Shown here: in pieces, positions 46,631 through 55,842 of the stretch
How positions within the stretch are numbered: the stretch's first letter is position 1
Layout of the letters: every line of letters begins with the position of its first letter
From: an uncultured bacterium
Lineage (GTDB): Bacteria > Lernaellota > Lernaellaia > Lernaellales > Lernaellaceae
Length of the DNA: 55,842 nt
Direction: 5' to 3'
Assembly (NCBI GenBank): GCA_964534375.1
Contig: CAZHPN010000013.1
Coordinates: 1-55,842, forward strand
Notes under the pieces: generated by a model
Database searches by the model: none
What the model saw: the letters and a program-made list of their open reading frames with translations, nothing else
Told to the model about the DNA's origin: nothing
Translations under genes and position numbers: made by a program

Positions 46631-49504
46631 CTATTTCCCCGCACGTTCGAGATTCAACGTCAACAATTTCTCCAGAATCTCCTCGTCGGTCAAATGGTCC
46701 GCCCAGCCGTACGCGGCCAAGACGGCGGCGTCGAGTTTTTTGTGCGCCAGATCGAGCCACGCCGGGCGCTGGTTATAAAGGTTGGTCAGCGTGCGCTTGG
46801 CCAGCAGTTTGGCCGACGCGTCGTCCTTGGCGACGATCCGCGGCCAGCGAACCGTGCCGACGCCGCGGGCGTCGGGATTGTGGACATATCGCGCCCAGGG
46901 GCCGTCCGCCGAACCGGGAAATTCGAGCACTTCCTCGCGCGTCCATTCCGGCGGATTGAGCCAGCCGTTGCGCAATTCGTCGAGTTCTTTCGCCGCCGCC
47001 GCAATCGCCGTTTCCTGCGCGGGCGTCGGATGCGGCAAGGGGAAGGTTTCGAAACAGGTTGTTGGGGTGTAGCGGAAACCGCTTTCCTTCTCGCGCAACT
47101 GCGTTCCCTGGGCGCGAGTCCAGACCTCGTGCGGACGCGAGTGCAAAACGCCGAGAAAATAATCGTCCGATCGGGCGAAAACACAAAGTTGGTGGTCGGG
47201 AAGAACCGGCTGCCGCATCCAAGAAAAAACCCTGTGTTTCGACAGAACGGCGGTTACGAGGTAACGATCAAGCGGCCTTATTTTTTTGCGCATCACGAGA
47301 CAAGGTTCGGCGTGCAACCACCAATATTCGCGATACCGTTTTCTCTTGACTTTGGACCGCTCGGGAAACACCTCTTTTTGAATGTGCGCAAAAGGGCCAT
47401 CAAAAGCAGAGGCGTTTCTAACATCGTTTTCATTTTCGAAGTCGATGATCCATTGGCCCCTGGGTCTGGCCAACACATCAAATCCATTTGTCCACGGAAC
47501 AAGGACATCGCTATTTGGCTTAAGATTGGGGCTAGGCTGCAAAAGAAATTCGCGAGCCAGCGCCTGTTCGATGTCGAATTTGCCCGCCTTCACGTCAGCG
47601 ATAAAACCAATGCCCGCGTTTTCACTCAAACGCTGGGCCAACGTAATGTCCGTTGCGGAGGTCAGATTCGAATTGATCGACGACACGGCCCGACCGTCGA
47701 GCGTCTTGACCGTTTCGAGTCCATTGTCGAACGCCACCATACTGACATGTACGTTGGCCCCGTCCAGAACCCATGGTCGGTCAGACTCCGCGAAGAAAAT
47801 ACCTCCCGTATTAATTACTTTCTTCAATACCTCCCGGTTCAAACCGCCGCGAATGCCTTGCGTCGCGAGCAACCCGGCGCGACCGCATCGCCCTTTGTCA
47901 ATTTCGGTCCTTGCTCGTTCAAACCAATAGCAACAAAGGTCGCTGAATCCCGGTATCCGGTCTTTGTAGAGCTGAAAAAGTTTTTCAACGTATGTGTCGC
48001 CGAGCTGACCCCGCAGCATCTTGGTTCCCAAGAACGGCGGATTCCCGACAATGAAATCCACGGCCGGCCATTCCGGCTCTTTCGGATTCTCCGGATCGGA
48101 CAAGTCGAGAATAGCGTCCATGCACTTGAAGGTGTCGAGGAGGCGGAGGATCGGGTCCTGGGTGACGCCGAAGCCGTTGGCGCGGGTCCATTGGAGGTAG
48201 CCGATCCAGATCGTCATTTGCGCCAGGTCGTGCGCGTAGGGGTTGATCTCGATGCCGTGCAGTTGCCAGGGGCCGACCTGGGGAAAGGCGGGCTCGCCCA
48301 GGCGCGTGTTGCAGAAGAGGATGACTTCCTTTTCCAGGTCTTTCAATTTTTGCAGGGTGACGTAAAGGAAATTGCCCGAGCCGCACGCGGGGTCGAGCAC
48401 CTTGACCGACGACAGGCGCAACAGAAAACGGTTCACCAGGCCGATGCTTTCGTCGCGATTCTTGCGGGCGAGCAGCGGCTTTTTCGACGCGTCCGGCAGG
48501 TTTTCGATGCGGGTTTTGACGGCGGACCATTCGCGGCGCAGCGGCGTCATCACCACCGGTTCGACGAGGGTTTCGATATCCGCGCGGCTCGTGTAATGCG
48601 CGCCGAGTTGCGAGCGTTTCGACGGATCGAGGCCGCGTTCGAACAGCGTGCCGAAAATCGACGGATCGACGCCGCCCCATTCGAGGCGCGACGCGGCGGT
48701 GACGGCGGCGATTTCGTCGGGCGTCAATTCGAGGACCGTCGTGTCGTTGAACAGGTTGCCGTTGAAGCGCTTGATGAGGTCGGGGCCGAACAGGCCGCCG
48801 TGAGCCATCGCGTCGAACAGCGCCTGCAACGCGCGGGTGAACTGCGCCGGATTGCCCTTGGAATTCTGTAGGACGCGGGCGAACAATTTCGGCGGCAAGA
48901 GGCCCACGTCTTCGGCGAACAGGCAAAAGACGATGCGGTCGAGAAAGTGCGCCACCGCCGCCGGGTCCTGCCCGCGGTCGCGCAGCGATTGGGCGAGCGC
49001 GGCGATGCGGCCGGCGGCTTCCTCGGTGATCGCCTCGCGCGTCAGGCCGGGGCGCAGCTTTTCCGGTTCGCAGAAGGCGTCGCGCAGCAGTTGCAGATTT
49101 TTCGGCTCGGCCAGCGTCGCCAGGGTCATTTCGCGCGGCGTGTCTTTCGTGCCGGTGAAATTGGTGTGAATGACGATGCGGTCCATGTCGCTGACGATCA
49201 GCAGCGGCGGGTTTTCCAGTTCGTTGCGATAAAGGAGCAACTGGTCGTAGGCCGCGTCCAGGTTTTTGTGACGGCCTTTGTATTCCCAGCCGAAGCAATC
49301 TTTGCGCCACACGTCGGCCCAGCCCTCGCCGCCGCCGTGCTTGGCCGCGCCCTTTTCGAAGCAAAACCATTCGCCGCAGGGGTCGGCCGCGGCGGGCGAT
49401 TCGCAGCCGAGCAAGTCGCAAATGTCGATGAAATGCGACTGCGAGCCCTGGCGCTCGCGCAATTCGGATTTGCTCCATTTGGCGACAAATTCGGCGACGT
49501 TCAT
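46631..49504 (-). CDS. MmeI-like type IIL/IIG restriction-modification enzyme (nuclease-like N-terminus, adenine MTase, TRD)
   Basis: AD..W..EYK nuclease-like motif; IFGTLFE; LGAHYTS; VLDPACGSGNFL (motif I); GNPPF (motif IV); RYTPTTCFETFP; LTNLYN. Confidence 0.9.
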   Translation of the reverse strand: MNVAEFVAKWSKSELRERQGSQSHFIDICDLLGCESPAAADPCGEWFCFEKGAAKHGGGEGWADVWRKDCFGWEYKGRHKNLDAAYDQLLLYRNELENPPLLIVSDMDRIVIHTNFTGTKDTPREMTLATLAEPKNLQLLRDAFCEPEKLRPGLTREAITEEAAGRIAALAQSLRDRGQDPAAVAHFLDRIVFCLFAEDVGLLPPKLFARVLQNSKGNPAQFTRALQALFDAMAHGGLFGPDLIKRFNGNLFNDTTVLELTPDEIAAVTAASRLEWGGVDPSIFGTLFERGLDPSKRSQLGAHYTSRADIETLVEPVVMTPLRREWSAVKTRIENLPDASKKPLLARKNRDESIGLVNRFLLRLSSVKVLDPACGSGNFLYVTLQKLKDLEKEVILFCNTRLGEPAFPQVGPWQLHGIEINPYAHDLAQMTIWIGYLQWTRANGFGVTQDPILRLLDTFKCMDAILDLSDPENPKEPEWPAVDFIVGNPPFLGTKMLRGQLGDTYVEKLFQLYKDRIPGFSDLCCYWFERARTEIDKGRCGRAGLLATQGIRGGLNREVLKKVINTGGIFFAESDRPWVLDGANVHVSMVAFDNGLETVKTLDGRAVSSINSNLTSATDITLAQRLSENAGIGFIADVKAGKFDIEQALAREFLLQPSPNLKPNSDVLVPWTNGFDVLARPRGQWIIDFENENDVRNASAFDGPFAHIQKEVFPERSKVKRKRYREYWWLHAEPCLVMRKKIRPLDRYLVTAVLSKHRVFSWMRQPVLPDHQLCVFARSDDYFLGVLHSRPHEVWTRAQGTQLREKESGFRYTPTTCFETFPLPHPTPAQETAIAAAAKELDELRNGWLNPPEWTREEVLEFPGSADGPWARYVHNPDARGVGTVRWPRIVAKDDASAKLLAKRTLTNLYNQRPAWLDLAHKKLDAAVLAAYGWADHLTDEEILEKLLTLNLERAGK

Positions 49505-49560
49505 GTTAGTTGGTTGCCCCGCGTCGTTGGAACCGGCGCACTATATCACGGAACGCACGG

Positions 49561-49859
49561 CTGTAAGAGCGCCCACGCCTTCGCGGGGGCAGGCTCTTCC
49601 GGGTGCGATCTATGAAAATCGCGCCTGGAAAGGCGCTCTTACAGAAGAAAGAAATCGCGCCTGGAAAGGCGCTCCTACAGAAGAAAGAAATCGCGCCTCG
49701 AAAGGCGCCGAATCATCTGTAAGAGCACCCTTCTGGGTGCGATCTGTGAAATCGCGCCTGGAAAGGCGCTCTTACAGAAAGAGGAGATCGCGCGTGGAAA
49801 AGCCTGCCCCCGCGAAGAGCCTGCCCCGGCGCAGGCGGAGGCGGGGGGCGCTCTTACAG
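49561..49859. repeat. REP-like cluster (right), about 7 units
   Basis: Same 26-nt unit in both orientations; 36-bp tandem period at 49618/49654/49690; nested inserts. Confidence 0.85.
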
Positions 49860-49952
49860 ACGATGACGATCGCCGCTGATTGAAAATGTCGGCCGAGAAT
49901 GCCATGCTGACGTCAAGCTGAAATTTCCACTTGCTGCGGATGGCGCCCGAAC

Positions 49953-51791
<1,839 letters not shown>

Positions 51792-51903
51792 ACGGCGAGG
51801 CCCGTCGCACGGCAACGGCGGCTTTCGCGTAGGCCAAATTCGTATAAAATATGGGCCGTGCGGCGGCGGGAATTCGCCCCGAACCAGGATCCGAGCGGAG
51901 AAA

Positions 51904-53382
51904 ATGGACGATTATCTGGAACTGCTTTTTCACGGGGGGCCGCTGGACGGCCGCACGCAACGTTGCTTTGGCGGAACCGCGGTCATCGGCCGCGACCCGC
52001 AGAACGACATTTCCCTTCCCTCGCCCGGCCTGTCGCGCCGCCACGGACGCCTGGCGGTGGAGGACGGCGTCTGGAAATATCAAGACCTGAACAGCTTCAA
52101 CGGCACGCTGGTGCGGCGGGCCGACGGGACCGAGGTGTGGTTGACCGGTCCCGTTCGCGCGGCGATTCCGCTCCGCGAGGGCGATCGGCTCGTGCTCGGC
52201 GATTCCGAAATCGAAATCCATATTCGCCCGGCGGATGACCCGGCCAACGTCCGGAGCTTCACGATGGAGATCGTCCATCGCGTCGGGTTGCGCGACCTGG
52301 AGGCGGACGGCGACGCGACCGACGACGCCTCGGCGCGCATGCTGCGCGTGTTGCACCGTTTCGTGAAGCGCCTCGGCCAGGCGGCGAGTCACAACGAAGT
52401 GTTGCAGGAATTGTTGCGCTTCGTGTTGAAACTCAACGACCATGCCGAACGGGCGCTGTTGATCGAGGTCGCCGACGGCCAGGCGCTGGCGACCATGGGC
52501 TTCGACCGCGCCGGGCGCGACCTGGCGCCCGACGGCTTGGAATTCAGCCGCGGGGTAGTGGAGGAAACGCTGCACCGCCAGGACGGCTTGTTAATCTTGG
52601 ACGCGCCGGAAAACTTCCCGTCGCATTCGTTGGTCAAGTTGCAAGTGCGGTCGTTGATGTCGGCCCCGCTCTGGGACGCCGACGCCGTGCGCGCGATCGT
52701 GTTGGTCGAAGGCGGCTCGACGGCCAACGTTTTTCGACCGGCCGATCTGCGGCTGATGATGTTTTTCGTCTATCACGCGTCGCTGGTCATGGGCCAACTG
52801 CGCCTGATCGGCGAGTTGCACAGCGCGTTTCAGTCGAGCGTCAAGGCGCTCGTGCGGTCGCTGGATATGCGCGACCCGAACACCAGCGCCCACAGTTTGA
52901 AGGTCCAGACGCTCGCGTTGCAGATCGCGAAACAGATGCGGCTGCCGCCCGATCGCGAGGAAGTGCTGCGGTACGCGGCGATGCTGCACGATATCGGCAA
53001 GATCGCCATCCCCGACGAGATTCTGCTGGGCAAAGGCGCCCTCGACGAACGGCAACGCGAAACGATGAGCCGGCACGCCCAATACACGCGCGAGGTGCTC
53101 GACCTGATCGACTTTCCGCGACGGCTGCGCGACGTGCCGCTGGCGGCCTCCGCGCATCACGAGCGGCTCGACGGGCGCGGCCCGCTCGGATTGAAAGGCG
53201 AACAGATTCCGCTCGAGGCGCGGATCATCGCCGTCGCCGACGTCTTCGAAGCGCTGACCGCGACGCGCACGTATAAATCGAGCAACCGCACCGCCGAAAC
53301 GCTGGCGCTGCTGCGCAAAATGGCCGGCGCGGCGCTCGATCCGGCCGTGATCGCCGCCCTCGAAAAGGCCATCTTGTTCTGA
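51904..53382 (+). CDS. FHA-GAF-HD-GYP-like phosphohydrolase
   Basis: FHA GR..SRRH..SFNGT; GAF; HS..V, LHDIGK, HHERxDG, ARIIAVADxFxAL. Confidence 0.9.
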   Translation: MDDYLELLFHGGPLDGRTQRCFGGTAVIGRDPQNDISLPSPGLSRRHGRLAVEDGVWKYQDLNSFNGTLVRRADGTEVWLTGPVRAAIPLREGDRLVLGDSEIEIHIRPADDPANVRSFTMEIVHRVGLRDLEADGDATDDASARMLRVLHRFVKRLGQAASHNEVLQELLRFVLKLNDHAERALLIEVADGQALATMGFDRAGRDLAPDGLEFSRGVVEETLHRQDGLLILDAPENFPSHSLVKLQVRSLMSAPLWDADAVRAIVLVEGGSTANVFRPADLRLMMFFVYHASLVMGQLRLIGELHSAFQSSVKALVRSLDMRDPNTSAHSLKVQTLALQIAKQMRLPPDREEVLRYAAMLHDIGKIAIPDEILLGKGALDERQRETMSRHAQYTREVLDLIDFPRRLRDVPLAASAHHERLDGRGPLGLKGEQIPLEARIIAVADVFEALTATRTYKSSNRTAETLALLRKMAGAALDPAVIAALEKAILF

Positions 53383-53459
53383 CCGGCGGGGCGCGGCGCG
53401 CGACGCGCCGGGCGCCGAACAGGCGACCCGCCGCCGCGTTGCGGACGGCCGATCGCGGA

Positions 53460-53488
53460 TTGAAAATACCGGTCCAACTTGTCATAAT
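53460..53488 (+). promoter_or_regulatory. Putative sigma70 promoter for the kinase-FGE gene
   Basis: TTGAAA-N17-CATAAT with TGn extended -10 in an AT-rich patch. Confidence 0.55.
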
Positions 53489-53533
53489 GAACAAAATTCA
53501 ACATTTTCATGTGCGGCGGATGGGGCGCCTGAG

Positions 53534-55492
53534 TTGACTGCTCCGAAAACCATCGGTCCGTATCAGATTATTCAGCCGCTCGCCGCCGGCGGCATGGGCC
53601 AGGTTTATCTGGCGAAAAAGACCGGCGAGGGCGGCGTCGAGGTGACGTGCGTGGTGAAGACCATCCTCGCGGCGCACGCCGCCGAGGAGCCGTTCGTCGG
53701 CATGTTTCTCCGCGAGGCGCGCATCCTGTCCTCGTTGCGGCACCAAAACATCGTGCCGTTGTTCGATTGCAGCCGCGTGGACGGCACGCTGTACCTGGCG
53801 ATGGAGTACGTCGAAGGCCACGACCTGCGCGACGTGCTGCGGCAGGCGGAGGAGTCCGGCCGGCCGATGCCGCTGGCGGTGGCGCTGCGCATCGCCAGCG
53901 AAGCCCTCAACGGCCTGGCCTATGCCCACAGCTACGTCGCCGCCGACGGCCGGCCGCTGAACATCGTCCACCGCGACCTGACGCCGACGAACATTTTGCT
54001 GTCTCGCGAAGGCGCGGTGAAGCTGGTGGATTTCGGCATTGCCAAAGACGCGATGTCCGAAAATTACACGGACACGGGCATCATCAAAGGCAAGTTGCAC
54101 TATTTGTCGCCGGAACAATTTGAAGGCCGGCCGCTCGATTGCCGCGTCGACGTGTTCGCGATGGGCGTCGTGCTCTACGAAATGGCGACGGGCCGCAAAC
54201 CGTTCGACGCCGAACCCACCGCCGCGCTGATCGCGCAAGTGCTGCGCGGCGATTACCCGCCGGCGTCTGCCGTTGCCGGCGCGCCCGCCGAACTCGACCG
54301 CCTGCTCGCCCGGGCGTTGGCGAAGAAACCGGAAGACCGCTTCGCGTCGGCGGGCGCGATGCTGGCCAACTTGGAAAAGCTCGCGCTGCGCCTCGGTCCG
54401 TTGCCGATCAGCGGCTTGCGCGACTACTACCGGGCATTGTTCGAAACCACGCCGCTGCCGCCGCTGGCCGGCGACGACGTCCCGGCCAGCGCAGCGCAAA
54501 CGGCGCCCGTGTTGAAACCGGCGCCGTCGACCGCGGGGCCGACCGGTCAGGCGTCGCGGCCGTGGTCGTTCGCGTCGCCGGCGAAGTCCGTTACACGCGA
54601 TAAATCCGACGGCGCAGCGACCCTGCCTCACACCGACCCGACCGTTCCCCTGTCGCCGACGCACCGGAACGTGTTGTCCGGGCGCGACGGCGCGTCGGGC
54701 GCGGTCCGACCGAAGACCCGCGCCTTCTGGTTGTCGGCCGGAGCGCTATTGATTGTTTTGCTCATCGCCGGGGCCGTCTTGTTGAACAAGCGCTCGCCAA
54801 GCGGTTCGCCCGTTGGTTCACAACCTACGGTCAAAAAGGCCCAAGCGGCGTATCGCATGGTCCGCGTACCGGGCGGTTCGTTCACGATGGGCTGCTCGCC
54901 CGGCGATTCGGAGTGCGACCCCGACGAAAGGCCCACGCATCCAGTGCGGGTGAACGCCTTCTGGATGGACGCGATGGCGGTGACGCAGGCGCAATTTGAA
55001 GGCGCCATGGGATCGAATCCGAGTCACTTTACCGGCTGCCCGAACTGCCCGGTGGAACGCGTCACCTGGGACGAGGCACGCAGCTATTGCGCGAAAGCCG
55101 GAGGGCGCCTGCCGACGGAGGCGGAGCGGGAGTTCGCGGCGCGGGGCGGAATGACGGGCCCGCAGTACGGCCCTGTCGACACGGTGGCGTGGCATGCGAA
55201 GAACTCCGGCGAGACGACCCACCCCGTGGGGCAGAAACAGCCGAACGCGTACGCGCTTTACGACATGCTGGGCAACGTGTGGGAGTGGTGCGCGGATTGG
55301 TACGACGAGAAGTACTATGCGAAGTCGCCGGCGGAGAACCCGCAGGGCGCTTCATCGGGGACGCTGCGGACGTTTCGCGGCGGTTCGTGGTTCACGGCGC
55401 CGGGAACCGTGCGCGCAACGGCCCGGAACGGCGATTATCCCATTTTCCGCAAGTTTGACGTCGGGTTTCGCTGCGTGCGGGACAAGAACTGA
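53534..55492 (+). CDS. Ser/Thr kinase - TM - FGE-sulfatase (SUMF1, C-type-lectin fold) protein
   Basis: GGMGxVY, HRDLTPxNI, DFG, YLSPEQ; TM; GGSFTMG, RLPTEAE, LYDMLGNVWEW, RGGSW, GFRC. Confidence 0.92.
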   Translation: MTAPKTIGPYQIIQPLAAGGMGQVYLAKKTGEGGVEVTCVVKTILAAHAAEEPFVGMFLREARILSSLRHQNIVPLFDCSRVDGTLYLAMEYVEGHDLRDVLRQAEESGRPMPLAVALRIASEALNGLAYAHSYVAADGRPLNIVHRDLTPTNILLSREGAVKLVDFGIAKDAMSENYTDTGIIKGKLHYLSPEQFEGRPLDCRVDVFAMGVVLYEMATGRKPFDAEPTAALIAQVLRGDYPPASAVAGAPAELDRLLARALAKKPEDRFASAGAMLANLEKLALRLGPLPISGLRDYYRALFETTPLPPLAGDDVPASAAQTAPVLKPAPSTAGPTGQASRPWSFASPAKSVTRDKSDGAATLPHTDPTVPLSPTHRNVLSGRDGASGAVRPKTRAFWLSAGALLIVLLIAGAVLLNKRSPSGSPVGSQPTVKKAQAAYRMVRVPGGSFTMGCSPGDSECDPDERPTHPVRVNAFWMDAMAVTQAQFEGAMGSNPSHFTGCPNCPVERVTWDEARSYCAKAGGRLPTEAEREFAARGGMTGPQYGPVDTVAWHAKNSGETTHPVGQKQPNAYALYDMLGNVWEWCADWYDEKYYAKSPAENPQGASSGTLRTFRGGSWFTAPGTVRATARNGDYPIFRKFDVGFRCVRDKN

Positions 55493-55614
55493 CAGCGAGC
55501 GCCACGCCGACGCCGAGGACGACGGAACAAACCTTGTTGCACTTTCTGCGACACTCCCTCCAATCGAGGGGGTGACGCAACAAAAAACCTCGTGAAATCA
55601 ATAAGATGGGATGA

Positions 55615-55635
55615 TGGAGGCGGCGGGAGTCGAAC
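55615..55635 (-). mobile_element. tmRNA (ssrA) 3'-end fragment, probable att site of an integrative element
   Basis: Minus strand reads GTTCGACTCCCGCCGCCTCCA (T-loop and acceptor strand); the 5' T-stem and CCA are missing; AT-rich flanks. Confidence 0.8.
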
Positions 55636-55684
55636 ACGAAGTGCGCAAACGAAAAACATACGTGATTCCAGCATCTTGCCAACA

Positions 55685-55697
55685 TATCAATAAGTTA
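55685..55697 (+). promoter_or_regulatory. IHF consensus site beside the att core
   Basis: TATCAATAAGTTA matches WATCAANNNNTTR; 1-mismatch copy AATCAATAAGATG at 55596-55608. Confidence 0.6.
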
Positions 55698-55842
55698 CCT
55701 TGATCGAGAGGGACGGTTGAACACGCAAACTTACGCGAACCGGCGCAAAATTCGGCACAAAATCTGTTACTGTAACAGGCCCGCAGTTTAGCCCAACTTC
55801 GCCAGTTCAGGGGTCGTGATTCTGTAAATTCGCATACTTAGC

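Noticed and set aside
49618..49715. 36-bp periodic repeats as a CRISPR or TIGR-like array
   Set aside because: Units are head-to-tail with identical linkers (gaagaaagaa), have no unique spacers, occur in both orientations and have no cas or Nop-domain gene nearby; they are REP units
55615..55635. Intact tRNA or tmRNA gene
   Set aside because: Only the T-loop and 3' acceptor strand are present; the upstream sequence cannot form the T-stem or the rest of the molecule
55787..55842. Possible 3' end of a minus-strand gene (..MRIYRITTPELAKLG*) as an integrase C-terminus
   Set aside because: Only about 18 codons are visible at the window edge, too little to assign

Overview
High-GC bacterial chromosomal window. 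The gene content (Hanks-type kinases, FHA/sigma54 regulators, Asp-rich lipoproteins) resembles a deltaproteobacteria/Myxococcota-like lineage, but the taxonomy is inferred. Positions 1-29.2 kb are mostly housekeeping: a lipoprotein-mlaE-mlaF-mlaD-ABC permease-Ntn acylase run, an SDR, pckA, hicBA, an LPG-synthase-like flippase, ribF, pyrimidine-nucleoside phosphorylase, an M18 aminopeptidase, divergent amtB/P-II with a sigma54 promoter, a radical SAM protein, a YciO/Sua5 protein, pyruvate/oxaloacetate carboxyltransferase, DegP, an alkyl sulfatase and an enoyl-CoA hydratase. Several palindromic repeat families and a transposase remnant are scattered through this part. Positions 29.2-55.8 kb look accessory. 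They hold two divergent paralogous membrane pentaheme cytochromes around a D/N-rich lipoprotein, an IS1634-like fragment, and a phosphosignalling cluster (kinase-STAND-WD40, FHA-GAF-sigma54 activator, FHA-GAF-HD-GYP, kinase-FGE). That cluster is interrupted by a minus-strand module made of a REP-flanked MmeI-like R-M gene and a duplicated array of tandem-HTH-repeat proteins whose putative recognition helices are hypervariable. The window ends at a tmRNA 3'-fragment att junction. The best novelty candidates are the modular HTH-repeat proteins with their palindrome-bounded array, the nested repeat-in-REP insertions around the R-M gene, and the kinase/FHA module. GC statements are by eye, not computed.
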